From assembly GCF_009914755.1 (NCBI RefSeq), contig NC_060928.1: DNA of 64,000 bases; one strand, written 5' to 3'. This DNA is from the human T2T-CHM13v2.0 reference genome, Homo sapiens. Positions 49,465-64,000 of this stretch are shown one piece after another. How positions within the stretch are numbered: position 1 is the stretch's first letter; each line of letters opens with the position of its first letter. A program made the position numbers and the translations under genes. The notes below the pieces were generated by a model. That model made no database searches, was not told the origin of the DNA, and saw only the letters and a list, made by a program, of their open reading frames with translations.

Positions 49465-50547
49465 TTAATTTTATTTTCTCTACAAAAAGAATGTCTAAAA
49501 AACAGAAAAGGAAAAGCCACCATTCTAACACCATTTTAACACATATCTTACCATCTTAAAATAAACACTTTTAGCATCTGGTGCATTTTAGTATCTTTTC
49601 GGTACATTCAAAAAAATAGTTTTAATCGTAGTATACCTATACAGTATTTTAACTTACTGTTTCCCCTAATATTATTTTATAAAAATTGTTATGTGATTAA
49701 TAATCTATGAAAATAGTCTTTTTAAATGATTGCAAAATAATGCTAGGCATCATTCTGTGGTCATTATATAAATTACTCAACCTTTCCTAATTTTTAATCA
49801 GTATAAATAACGAAGTGGAAAATACTTTAAAGCATGGAACATTTTTCATTATTTTGGATTATTTTAAAAGATAGATTTTTAGAAACAAAATATCTTGTTT
49901 AGTGCATATGAACAGTTAAATAGTAAATAATGAGGATAGCTGTTTCATGACCAATTAGGAATTTTTCCAAATGAATTCATTTCAGGACATCAAGGAGTAG
50001 AGTGGACTGGAATCGTGAAATTGTAAAAATAGAAGAATGGATAAACTATCTGAATGATATTTTTTTATTTGTAACTAGGAGTAGTCCCAGATTTTTCTTA
50101 ATCAGTGCAGGCTCAGAAGCTGACTTACCCGCTTTCCTTCACTTTCAGCTGGCATGAGGTAGATCTGGGCAGACGTCACCACTATTTCTTCCTGATTCTT
50201 TCTCAGATTATGTGACACATATAACACGGGGCCTGGTACTTAGTAAGTGATTAATAAGGCTCTGTTAAGTGGGTGAGTGAAAGCACGTGTATGGGCTTTG
50301 AAACTGAGTCGAGGGGGGGTTCAGATTCTGATTCTGCCACTACTAGCTAAGGTACTTGTTAAACAGATAAATTGCTGTGGAACACAATAAAAGCTGTGCT
50401 CTGGCTAAATTCCAGAAGTTACTGCCAAGTCCTTTCATAGTTTTCTTAAGTGAAACCTTACATTAAATACTTAAGTACTAAGAGCAATGCCCAAAACATA
50501 TCTTAACATGACATCTAAAAGCTATAGTGTGATATAATCAGAGATTC

Positions 50548-50851
50548 TTTTTTTTTTTTTTTTTGAGACAGAGTCTCACTCTGTCGCACAGGCTGGAGTA
50601 CAGGGGCACGATCTAGGCTCACTGCAAGCTCTGCCTCCCGAGTTCACACCATTCTCCTGCCTCAGCCTCCCAGGTAGCTGGGACTACAGGCGCCCACCAC
50701 CACACCCGGCTAATTTTTTTTTTTTTTTTTTTTAGTAGAGACGGGGTTTCATCGTGTTAGCCAGGATGGTCTCGATCTGCTGACCTCATGATCCGCCTGC
50801 CTAGGCCTCCCAAAGTGCTGGGATTACAGGCGTGAGCCACCACTCCCGACC
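50548..50851 (-). mobile_element. AluY-like
   Basis: actgcaagctctgcc and ccaggatggtctcgatc; TSD agagattcttt. Confidence 0.9.
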
Positions 50852-51832
50852 AGAGATTCTTTAAGGTAGGAAACCACTGCTTACTAGAATGGTGTTTGAA
50901 AATCAGCTTTTCTTTCCTTTTACTGTTGTCAACTCTTAAAATTGCTGAACCGTTAAACGCCAAATAACTTAATGACCTCATCTGTGGAGGGAGGCAATAG
51001 GACTTGCGGAATGGACACCACACTTGGTTTTTGATAAGACAAATTACCCTGGCTGGGCAAATAACTGCTGACCTGTGGCGCCTCCTTCTTTCTGATGTTT
51101 CTGTAGTGTCAGCACTTTCAGGCACCTAACAGGTACAGCGAACAAAGGCAACATCTTTGATCCAACTCCCCTTCTGTAAGGGGAGTTTTAATGTGGTATG
51201 CTGTAGGAAGCTGGCCAAAGAATCCACGAACGACAAGCTATTTCTAGATTCCAAGGTTCTTATGGATGGGCCAGTGAAATAAAGCCCTGAAGGTTCATCT
51301 GAATAGTTCATCCACTGTAAGAAAGATTTTCAAAGGGAGGAAATTGTATAGATTTTTTACCTTCAACTAATAAAACTTCAGTTTTCTGGGGAAAAATTAA
51401 TCTTAGGAACAAATAGGGGAGTGGAGTCCAAACAGGATAAAACAGAAAGTGTGTACACTTCAGGGTTCCAAACAGTGAAGTCAGCCCAATGGTCTGCTAC
51501 ATGCCCAGCACCCCGCATTCAGTTCTGCAGATGAAGGTTGCAGAGGAAGGGAGTTAGAATCATGGGCATAGCATGAGAATGACACTGGAAGCAGGCAGAG
51601 ATGGCATCTCTAAGAGGTCTGCTGGAAGTAAAAGGACTGCCCTTTAACCTGAGAACCCTTTTGCTCTCCTACAGCAGGTAGCTCACCTTATCTTACATCC
51701 CTGCCCTCTTCCTCTAAGGCAGGAACATGAGACTCATGAATGTGGCATTCTTCACCTTCATGAACATCATGGCCTCACCTCATGCCTTCCACCTCCCTTT
51801 TCTTGAGACAGGAACAGAGAGGTATGCAAGAT

Positions 51833-52248
51833 GGTTAGTCAGTCAGGGTTCTCCAGAGAAAGAGAACCAGTAGGATATATACACATATACAAAATATAAC
51901 ACATATCATATATCATCTAAAGGAGCATTACATATAATATGAAGGAATATAAAGAATATATAATATATATCACGTACAATAAAAAATATATATTAAATAC
52001 ACTCATACATGAGAAAGAGAGAGATTTATTCCAAGGAACTGGTTTACATGATTGTGGAGGGACTGGCGAGTCTGGAATTGTGTGGCAGGCTGGCAGGCTG
52101 GAATGGTCTGCTGATTATCAAAGAAAATCTCTTTTACTTAAAGTCAACTGATTTAACCACTTCTACAGAATACTTCCACAGCAATACTTGAACTGGTGAT
52201 CGATTAACTGGGTACCCTAACCTAGCCAAGTTGACACATAAACTAACA
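51833..52248 (-). mobile_element. MLT2-type ERVL LTR
   Basis: tagtcagtcagggttctccagagaaagagaaccagtagg...gccaagttgacacataaactaac. Confidence 0.75.
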
Positions 52249-52634
52249 AGTAAAGGTGGTCTTGGAAATATATACACGCACACATTTTAAACTAAGCTAG
52301 AGGAGACACATACTAAGTAGGCTAACACTTGAAGTAGGGGGAAATTTGTTTAGCATCCTCCTACCTTCTTTCTACACTCAGCTTTTCCCTGGGGCCACTT
52401 CATCAAGATTTCCCGTACTCTGGACACTCCATAGCTTTCTGATTTCTTGATGATCCTTAAGTTTTGTACTCTCCCCATGATTCTTTGTTATTTTCTTTTT
52501 TCTTCTTTTTAAAATTTTATTGTTATTGTTGTTATTTTTTCTTTTATTTCTCTCTCCATGATTCTGCTCTTTCACACCACGGATCAATCCGTTAGCAAGC
52601 CCTGTCAACTCTCCCTCCAAAACACACGCAGTAG

Positions 52635-53023
<389 letters not shown>

Positions 53024-53157
53024 TCATTCCGTCCTCTTCTAACCCACTCACCACCGAGCAGCTTGAGAAATCTATGTAAAATTAAATATGATTTTGTTGC
53101 TTTGCTGTTTAAAACTCTCCAAAAATGTCTAAGCAATAAAACCCAAAAACCTTATTT

Positions 53158-53570
53158 TATGGGCTGAATTGTATCTTCTCAAAATTCATATGTTGAAGCC
53201 CTAGCCTCTAGGATCTCAGAACCTGGCTATATTTGGAGATAGGACATTCAAATACATAAATAAGCTGGCATGAGGATGTTAGGGTAGGTACCTAATTCAA
53301 TCTCACTAATGCCCTTGTAAAAGGAGGAGATTAGGACATAGAGACACACCAGGTGGTGCATATACACAGAGGGACTCACCAGGTGAAGAGGCAGCAAGAA
53401 GGTGTGGGGGGATCATCTACAAGCCAGGCAGACAGGCCACAGGAGAAACCAGTCCTGCTGGCACCTTAATTTTGGACGCCCAGCCTCCAGAACAATGAGG
53501 AAATAACATCTGCTGTTTAAGCCTCCCAGTCTGTGGTATTTTGTCATGGTGGCCCTAGCAGGCTCAAACG
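53158..53570 (+). mobile_element. MLT1A/B-type LTR
   Basis: tatgggctgaattgt...aaaattcatatgttgaagccct...tctgtggtattttgtcatggtggccctagca. Confidence 0.8.
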
Positions 53571-54231
53571 CCTTATTATGACCTACAGGGTCCCAGGTGA
53601 TCCATCTGATCTAGCCATCCATGCCCATCTCTTCTCATTCTACCAGTCACTCACTCCACTCAATCTTCCCTGGCCTCTTCACTGTTTCTCAGGCACACCT
53701 AGCTGGTTCCTTTTAGGGGATCCTTGCACTAGCTGTTTCTTCTGCAGGAAAGACTCTTTCTCACTTCTTTATATAATGGGTTCAGGGCTCAGTTCAAATG
53801 TCACTGAATCACAGAGGTCTTCCTTCAGCATCAAATTCAAAGTAGTCTGCCTGCCACCAAACTCCACTCAGGCACTACCACACCATTCTGCTTTGTTTCC
53901 CTCCCGGCACTTAATCATTTTCTCTGATGTTATATTTTTACTTGGTTTTTCCCTCATTTATTGCCTGTCTCCCCATAGGAGAAAGAAGTTCCCTGAAAGC
54001 AGACATGTGCTCTGCCTTGCTCACCACTGCATCCCCAGCACGTAGGGCTTGCCTCAGAGTTGTTGCCTGAGTACACATTTATTTCTGTTTAGTAAACATA
54101 TAAACAATGAATCATTTAATTCATTGACTAAATAATGAATGAATGAACAAATGAGTAAACCCAGAAGAATATTTGGAGTGGAGACTCAAAAAATGAAGAT
54201 ATTTGATTTATATATTTATGTTTCCATTCTC

Positions 54232-54612
<381 letters not shown>

Positions 54613-57600
54613 AGTTCTTTTTTCCTTTATTCCCCATGAAAACTTCTGTTCTCTTAAGGTTCTTTTTTAAATCTCATTCACTTGTTAAAAGAAAATAAAG
54701 CTAATAAGATAAATTTACACCAAAATGTATTTGACTGATGCCTCCTCCTGGAATCCACCAGAGAAAGTTACAAATTGGAAGAGTTAAGCTCATCTAATAA
54801 ATAAGTATTTGATTATTGAACACTTTCAAGTGGTGTGACTAACTGGAATTTCTCTTGTGTCACCTACCTGGGTCTTCCTAAATTATGGGGATCTGATATT
54901 CTTCAAAGTATCCTTATTGCCCTACAAATATTGAATATATTCATTGAATTCCTTACACCCAAATCAGTTTCTTCAGACTATTCCTTAGTGGACTTTTCCC
55001 TAGACTTCAGTATGCCGAAGAATGACCTTGAGAGCTGTTAAAATTGCAGATTCCAGGCCCTCACTTCTAAAGATTCTGGATCAGCAAATTTTGGTGTGTC
55101 CAGGAATCTTTATTTTTAACAAACATCCCTCCTAGGCAACTCATTTTTTGGGAAACGTCATTCTAGGGCAGGATACAGATACTCCTCCAAACCCGACTTT
55201 GCTGAGAACGTTCCTAGGAACTGAAATAGTGTCAAAGAAAGAGCTATCAGTTACACCTCTCTCCAGATTTGTCAGGGACTCTGGGAAACACAACAGGAGG
55301 GTAGGCTTGAGGCTGAGAGACAATAGGTAAAACCAGATTGATGGCCTAATATTTCTTGCAACAACTATGTTCCCCTTTGTTTAGGCATAGGTGGTAGCCT
55401 AAATAATGGTGGCTGCTTGCTTCATTCACTTTTAGGCAATGCATGTGGCAAAAACAAACTGAAGAAGAGCTATGGTCTATGTAAGGTTTATCCACCAGGG
55501 CTGTCTTTATAGCAAGCCTGCTAAAATTTAGCCAGAGAATGTCAGGCCCTTTCTAAGAGGAGATGGAGATGCCTGTGTCATATTTCCATGTCCTGTCTCT
55601 GTACCACCGCTCATTCCAACCATCCCTGCAGGTTGCATTATAGCACTTGTTCATGTGAAGATCTGTGTTGGTAGACACTTGACCTCTAGGTCTGAGGGAC
55701 ATAGAAACTTTTGAGAGCATGAATTGTGTCTTATATATTTTTCTATTCCCAGTGCCCACCACAGTGCCAGGCATAGAATATGAGCTCTGACAATACCAAT
55801 ATCTTCAAATTTAGATGAGGAAGACAATAAAAACACATTTACTCTCCCCTGAGGTAACATCTGGGAAGACCTCTGATGCAACGGCACATGTTGATGGGAA
55901 GCAGCAATTACATCACACTTCTTGGTATATAGATCAATAGAGAGAAATTGGCTGCCTTTTTTATTCTTCCTAGAGCTACAAGAATTTGGGTTTCATTATT
56001 TCTGATTAATCCCAACAAGTTGAAAACCTGTATTTATTTAAGCTTTAAAATGTGAGAAGGCTTGCCTCAGGGGGGAAAAATATATATTTTTATATATAGG
56101 CATTATTTCGGTTATATTGATGAAGAATGTGGCCACATTCTTATAACTTCCCATTTGGTTTTTAATGATGCCAATGCTTCATACTTAAGTCACAAATGTG
56201 GAATTTTGAGACAGAGGACTCTAAGAATAAAGGCATATATATTTTGTCCACATTTCCCCAAGTTGGTCATTGAGAGAAGAGAGTCAGCGCTGTAATTGTG
56301 AGAAGTAGAGTACTTTTACATTTAGCAAAAGAATTGCTTGAGCAAGTTATACAATTCCCAGCATATCCATTTTTAGCCAGGAAGGAAAATTCTGATAGAT
56401 TATTTCTCAGTTATTTGACGGAAAGGTGATAGGACACATTTATAGTGTTCCCTTGGTAACAAAAGGGCTCCCAGGACACACAGCTGCTCAAGACAACATA
56501 TGTTCAGGGAACACTGGGAACATTACTATTCTTAATAATAAAAAGGTTCATCCTTCTCAGATGCCAAGAAATAGTCAAATATTTTGGACCATCTCCAATT
56601 CTTTTTGGTCAGTCCTCTCTTACCTCTTGTAGATGTTCTCTTAGCAGCAATGCAAAAAAATAAAAAATAAAAAATGTAGAATAGGAGATGAGCCCTCCAG
56701 GAGGAAGAGGGAATGAATATACCAACAGTTCTTTGGTTAGGTGTGGAAGCTGCTGTTGAACTTCAAATACATAAATAAAGGCAAGTTTAAAGATCAAGAA
56801 CACAGATAGTGCTGTCTTATATTTTCCCCAACTGTGTTTGATATCTCCTGTCTCCTTCAAAATCATTTTATTGCTTTTTCTTAAAATAAATATAAAACCG
56901 TCTTGGTTTTTACATAACGATTCTAAGCAGGCTTCAACTTCTGCCTTTCAAATTAATGAAGGAAATAATTTTATTCTTCTCCCCATTGTCAAGCATAAAA
57001 CCTGGGTCTGGAGAATACCCAGGAGTAAAAGTGTTGTGTTTCACTCACTAAAACAAAGTTAGACAAGGTAATATTTGGTTAAATGATATATAATTATTAT
57101 ATAAACATATTTTTACACATTGACAGTGATTTAATACCAGGAAATAATAAAGCTTATTTTAAAATATTGAGTAAAATGATCAATTTTTACAAATAGTGCA
57201 ATGTCTTCTGGATATGTTGGTAGAAGAGGAATATATAGAAATACAGAAATGGAACATAGATATATAGATATATAGAAATATAGAAATACAAGGCTTTGTA
57301 ATAGAAAGAGTGACCCAAACCAATCCAGGGATGTCACAGGGATGAAATTCCATGCTTAATTATATTATCCAAGGGTCTCAAGATACCTGGAAAAGAAAGA
57401 ATCAGACCATACATAGGAAGAATTGGTGGCCTGTGTACCTGATATGGTTATCTGAAAGACACTGAAAGACTGTCCCACCACAGACTACGAAAATACCTGG
57501 AGTTCTATTGTCAGAGCCATGCTATGACCTCCAGAAGGATGATAGTATGTACAAGTATTTTTACCTGGGAGCAGTGTTGCATTAACTCACTAATTCTCCC

Positions 57601-57613
57601 TTGGCATGGCTAA

Positions 57614-57985
<372 letters not shown>

Positions 57986-58574
57986 GAAAGCAGGTTTTGA
58001 AGATGAGAAAGGACCTATACCAGTCCTGAGTATAGGACCCTGCTTGGGCTGAGGGAGAGGCAAGAGCCTGGGTAGCCAAGGGACAAGTGTGAGGACCCTG
58101 CATGAGGGCAGGTAGAAGCTAGAGAAGGATGAGGAGAAAGTCTCAGGGTCCTGGTCTTGTCTGGATTACCTGATGGTCATCTACCAAGAGATGGCAGGAG
58201 GCTTTAGACTCTGGAACCTAGGAAGACTGCTCGCTGTTTGGTTGGGTGCAGCTTAATGAAAAATCCACTTTAGGGAGTTGTCCTTTGTCCTTTTTATAAA
58301 AGGACAACTCTGTAGGAGGCATTTCAATTCTCTCTGCTTGCAAGCTCAAGAACAGTATTTCCTGAACAATGGAATGTGGGCCACCATGGAACACGATGAA
58401 TATTTGTATTCTAATAATTACATATATTTAATATCTATTAGAAAAAGGTAAGTAGTACATCAAACCTATGATTTCATGAATATTACAACTTAGGAAGAAA
58501 CTAAAGTAAAAAGAAAGAGTCAGTTTAAAGGAAAATATTAAGTAGGTTTAAAAAAAAAACACAGAAACAAAGCA

Positions 58575-58839
58575 GGCTGGGCTCGGTAACTCACACCTGT
58601 AATCCTAGCACTTTCGGAGGCCAAAGTGAGAGGATCACTTGAGACCAGGAGTTCAAGACCAGCCTGGGCAACAAAGCAAGACCATTTCTACAAAAGAAAT
58701 TTTAAAAATTAGCCTATAGTCACAGCTATTCAGGAGACTGTGGAGGGAGGACAGCTTGAGCCTAGGAGTTGAAGGCTGCTGTGAGCTATGATCATGCCAC
58801 TGCTCTCTAGCCTGGGTGAAAGAGCAAGACCCTGTCTTG
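58575..58839 (+). mobile_element. AluJ
   Basis: Diverged dimeric Alu. Confidence 0.85.
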
Positions 58840-59138
58840 AAAGAAAGAGAGAGAGAGAGAGAGAAAGGAAAGAAAAGAAAAGAAAGGACAGAAAGAAAGA
58901 GAGACAGAAAGAAAAAAGTAAGAAAAAAGAAGGAAAGAGAAAAAGAAAGAAAGAAAGAGAAAGAAAGAAAAGAAGAAAGGAAGGAAGAAAGGAAGGAAGG
59001 AGAAAGGGAGGGAGGGAAGAAGGAAGGAGGGAGGGAGGGAAAGAAAGAAAAGAAAGAAAGAGAAAGAAAGAAAGAAAGAGAAAGTAAGTGGGGGAAGGAG
59101 GGAGAAAAGAAAGGGAAAGAAAGAAGAAAGAAAAAAAG
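58840..59138 (+). repeat. ~300-bp GA-rich polypurine tract derived from the Alu tail
   Basis: (GA)n, (GAAA)n and (GGAA)n blocks. Confidence 0.95.
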
Positions 59139-59495
59139 CTCATCAGGTGGAAAACACTATTTTAGAGATATTTGGAAATAAATGTACCCCGGTCAACTTA
59201 AGAGTTATGATGTATTTACAAACTAGTAAATGGAGTCATTTATCTTAACTGCAAATGACTGAGAAAAAATGAAGTTGCATCTTCAAATTATAGCATTCTG
59301 ATTTCCACAGCATTTTTGGAAAGTACCGTGATCAATAGGCAGCACTTCAGAGTCAGTATTGCAGGATGATTAAACAGAGTGGGGTCATTGAAGTCAAGGT
59401 CTGAATTCACATTTCACAAATTACCAGCTGTGTGACCTTGGATAAGTCACACTGTCTCTCTGAGTCTCAGTTTACTCACCTCTAAAATGAAAATA

Positions 59496-59840
59496 CTGTT
59501 GGCTCTCCATATCCATAGGTTCTGCATTCGTGGATTCAACCAACCTCGGATCAAAAATATTTCGGAAAAAATGGACAATTGTGTCTACACAAAACATGAA
59601 CAGGTTTTTTTTCTTACCATCATTTCCTAATCAATACAGTACAACAACAATTTATATAGCACTTACTTTATTGTACTAGGTATTATAAGTAATCTAGGGA
59701 TGATTTAAAGAATGCAGGAGAATATGCATAGGTTATATGCAAATACTGCATCATTTTATGTAAGGAACTTGAGCACCCATGGATTTTGGTATCTGGGGGG
59801 GGTTCCTGGAAGCAATCACCTGAAGATGCTAAAAGAGTTA
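59496..59840. mobile_element. MER2-like Tigger MITE inserted in a MIR (~59370-59940)
   Basis: TA|ctgttggctctccatatccataggttctgcattcgtggattcaaccaacc; MIR core sequence on both sides. Confidence 0.75.
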
Positions 59841-61829
59841 TATTTCCTTCTAAGGATTATTGTAAGGATTAAATGAGATAGTGAATGTAAAGTGCCTAGC
59901 ACACCTGAAAAATAGCAATGTCTCAACAATCTCAAAAATGGTTGTTTTTATATGCTTATTGTCCCTTTCTTGCTTGGGTCTTTTTTCAATCCTTTTCTTT
60001 TAAGTACCTTTAACTGGCCTTTTTCACATCTCAACACACATTTATTACTATATACTTTGGTTTTACATATCATCATTTTAGTGTAAAAGACCACAGGGAA
60101 GTAGAGGATTACGTCCCAAAAAAACTCCTGATTATCTCCCTGGGTAATTCAATTCATGACTATTCTCTGCCTGTCGTGCATTTTAAAATGCTTTCTTTCT
60201 GTTCGTAGAGGATCCATATAATCTACCTCCTTGTATTGCCAAAATTCCAGGAAGTCTTCATGATGATCTTTCACTCATTTGATACTTTCATAACAGCGAA
60301 TCAACCTTGTAACTACGTGACACATTCTTCAACTTGTGGGTCATTCCTTCTTTTGGAAAGACATTTGAAATAGAGTCATCTGTTTCTTTATCTAGATACG
60401 ATATGCCAATTGCTGGGGCCACCTAATACTGGGAGAGGGTCAAAAGGAGACATTCTTGAAACAATTCATTCTAGTGTCAAACTGACCAATTTAGCTTTCT
60501 AGAGCTGAATCATAACATTCATTGTCTAACATATTAGGTTAACTTAACAACCCTGAACTACCAGATAACTAAGGGAAGGCTGTTCTACACTATTTTGAAG
60601 CAGCTTTTTAAAATTCGTTCAGTGTTTTCACAATATTTTTTCAATAATAAAGACCTACATCCTCCTTATGATGTTTCTACTGCTGCTGATCACCACTGTC
60701 ATCATGATTTGATGAGCTGAATGCTGACTTAGTTAGGAGTGTGGACTCAGGTATGAATTCCAGCTCTGCTAGTTATTATGTGGCCTTTAGCCAGTTACCC
60801 CGCTTCTCAGTTTGCTCAACCGTAAACTGGGAAACACATATAAAATGCCTAGAAGAGTGTCTGTGTTGTGGCCTTCCTGCAGGAAGGTATGGACCCCCAT
60901 CCAAAATTTAGTTTGGATGTTGATACTGATAATGCTATGCCTACACCAAGAGGTATGAAAAGGTTTATTATGATGAGGGTTTTTGAAGACAGCAAAGCAG
61001 GCCTCCTGAACTGGTCCAAAAATGGCTTAAGAGAGAGAGGAAAGGTGCCTGGCTTGGGATTTATTGTGATTGGTAGGTGGGGTTCAGCTGAGGGTCCTGA
61101 ACGTGGTTGGAATCTCTACTGGTGCCAATGGAGGGAGCACTAGGTTTTCTTACTGTCTCGCTCCTACGTGCAGATATGAACAAAGAGGAGGGGTGGAGCT
61201 GAAAAGCTGTCAGCAGCAGAACATCAAAAAATGTAGTCAGAATCTATTATAGTGTGTCACAGAGCAAATAGTCAATAAATTCTATTACTGTATTCACCTT
61301 CCACTAATTCCTAATGTTCTCCTAAGGATGATACTCTGGGAGTGTTGACCTAATAAAGAGATATAACATATAGACTTGTCAGATAGACTTGTTCTCTATT
61401 TAATGCTGAATAGAGCATCACCCTGAATGGGTTCATGTTGCCCAAATCAATGTGTCTCTATGAATGAAATCAGTGTGTCTATATAAACTCTTCATTACCA
61501 ATGGCAAATTACTTAAAAGTGATAAAAAAAAGTCTCAATTTTTCTACCTTCCTGTATTTATATGAATGTGTATGTGTATGTTTGCTTGTCCATATGCGTA
61601 TAATAATAAATACACAATTACTGGTTGTGACATTAGTGTCAGTACATTGTAATACTTTTATACATTATTATCAGCATCTTCAAAATGGTTAAAAATGTGT
61701 TTCACCTTAGGAATATGCATATATGAGATGATAGGTATGCTAATACTTGCTTTTAGTTTTAAGAATTTTACATCAAAATACCTGTGGTAAGTCAAAAGGC
61801 AAGGAGAACTTTAATGTTATATATGTGTG

Positions 61830-64000
61830 TTTTATTGATTTATAACTTGCACACAATAAAATATAATAATTTTAAGCACACAATATGATGAATTTGACAA
61901 ATACACAGAGTCATATAATCTTTACAATAATTATGATATTTCCATCATCCCGAAGAGGTTTTTTGTGACCCTTTGCAATCAGTCCCCTACCTAAAACTCT
62001 TGACCCCTGGCAACCAACCACTGACCTGACTGCAATCACTGTAGTTTTACCTTTTCTAGAATTTCATACAGACAGAATCATACAGTACACAATCATTTGT
62101 ATGTGGCTCCTTGTATTAATTTTGTATTGCTGTCTTAACAAATAACCACAAACAGCAGCTTAACTCCCACCCATTTATTATCTCACAGTTCTGTGGGGCT
62201 GAAGTCCAGCTGCAGTGTGGCTCAACCTGGACCTCTGCTTAGATTTCACAAGACCATAGTCATCAGGCAGCCCTGCACTCCTTGCTAGAGGCCCTGGGGG
62301 AGAAGCGATCCCCAGGTTGCTTCAGGTTGTTGGCAGAATTCCACACAGTTGTAGGACTGAGGTCCCCATTTCCTTGCTGGCTGATAGCTGGGGGCCATCC
62401 TTAGTTCCTAGAGACCTGTCTCCAATCCTTGCACATGGCTTTAAAATGATCCTCAAGGATCATTTTGACTTCCTCTTCTGCTGGGTCTCCATGACTCCAG
62501 CTAGAGAAACTGCTGTGCTGTTAAGGGCTCATGTGATTAGACTGGGCCCACCTGCATCACCCAGGATAATTTTACATTAACGTATTTAGCCTTATTGACA
62601 TTTGCAAAGCCCCTTTTACCATTTAATGTAGCATATTCACAAATTCCAGAGGTTGGGGTGTAGACATCTTTGGGAGGGCATTCTACCTGCCACAGAGCTT
62701 TCATTTAATATAATTATTTTAAGATTCACCCATGATGTTGTATGTATCAATAATGCATCAATTTTTACTGCTGAGTAGTATGTCATTATAAGGATATAAC
62801 ACAATTTGTTTCTTCATTACCAGTTGATGGACATTTGAGCTGTTTTTAGTTGTTGTCTAATAGTAATGAAGTCACTATTATTGGAGGTCAGGAAATGATA
62901 CCCTAAAGTATGACACTTTGACACCCTGAGTACTTTGAACTAAAGAAGCAGCCTCACAGCCAAGGTCTCTCTGATCTTTTCCAGGTCCCTCACCCATCTC
63001 TTGCCCCTTTGCTTCATCTGAAGTGCAGAGAAGTGCTTGCTGTGACATTCTTTTATCTAAGGGGAGTTTCTTCAGAAGATACGTAGTTGCCTTGAGCCCT
63101 CTCCTATATCCCAGACAAATTTTGTCCCAGGCTGCGTCTGGTTTTTGGTTCGTTTTTTGTTTTTTTGCCCATTCATCTCCCCTAAAAATTATTTACTCTT
63201 CCCCTAAATGTGCCTAAAGGCTTCACATTCCTTCTCTTCCATGAAGAAAGACACAGAAGCTTCTAAACCTCATGGGGTTAATAGGTCTCACTTTCCTGTG
63301 ATGCCCCTGGGCATGTGATAAATTTATACGCCTTGTCTCCTGTTAGTCTATTGTAAGTTTATTTCTCACTCAAATATCAACTCTCAATACGAAAGAGAGA
63401 GGGTTATCTCCCCCCAATGTTATGAAACATTTTTATACAAATCTCTATGTAAATGCCTATTTTAACTTGTGTGTGTGTAAATACCTAAGAATAGAATGGT
63501 TGGGTCACATGGTAAGAGTACATTTAACTTTAGAAGAAAGTGCCAAATTATTTTCCAAAGTGGCTGTACCATTTTCCTTATTCACTAGCAATATATGAGA
63601 ATTCTAGTGGTTCCACATCCTCAGAATAGTTAGTATTGTCAGTCCAAAAAAAAAAAAAAAAGCCCCTCTAATAGGTATGGAGTGGTATTTCATTGTGGTT
63701 TCAATTTGCATTTCTCTAATGACTAATGATGTTAGATATCTTTTCATATGTTTATTTGCCACATATCTTTTTTGGTGAAGTCTGTTAAATTTTGTTTGTC
63801 CACTTAAAAAAATGGGCAAAATTTTGTTTGTCCACTTAAAAAAAAAAACAATTCTTACTGAATTATGTGAGTTCTTTATGTACTCTAGATACAAGTTCCT
63901 TCTCAAATATGTATTTAGCATACATTTTACTCAGAGTCTGTGACTTGCCTTTTCATTTTCTTGACAGAGTGTTTTGAGGAGTATGTGTCAATAATTTTAT
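61830..64000 (-). mobile_element. Old L1M (L1MB-like) 3' region interrupted by an MLT1 LTR (~62112-62693) and an ERV1-type LTR (~62879-63419)
   Basis: ORF 63604-63921 (ANKHMKRYLTSLVIREMQIETTMKYH) is the L1 ORF2 C-terminus; the LTR termini are visible. Confidence 0.7.

Noticed and set aside
53533-54045. 170-aa ORF
   Set aside because: Non-ATG start, lies over LTR and L2 relics, and resembles no protein I recognise.
58730-59181. Lys/Glu/Arg-rich and Phe/Leu/Ser-rich ORFs
   Set aside because: Translations of the GA-rich simple repeat and adjacent Alu.

Overview
Repeat-rich, gene-poor primate genomic DNA, almost certainly human because it carries a near-consensus AluYb8 at 39144-39458. I see no spliced host-gene exons. 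The main structure is a ~14.8 kb nested retro-composite at 6501-21287. An older full-length minus-strand L1 (L1PA4-like) is interrupted at one endonuclease site in ORF1 by two tandem insertions: a processed RTN3 retrocopy (RTN3P1-like, ORF still open) and a young plus-strand L1PA2-like element (intact ORF0 and ORF1, ORF2 broken by one nonsense codon, YY1 site missing). The target sequence AAGAATGTTG is present three times. Elsewhere there is a full-length Tigger1, a twin-primed (5'-inverted) L1, many Alu, MaLR/LTR, MER, L2 and MIR relics, and several small locally templated insertions, inversions and duplications. I found no convincing new gene system. The best candidates for something undescribed are the L1/RTN3-retrocopy/L1 composite and the set of template-switch scars. 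Repeat subfamily names come from recalled consensus sequences and were not checked by a database search.
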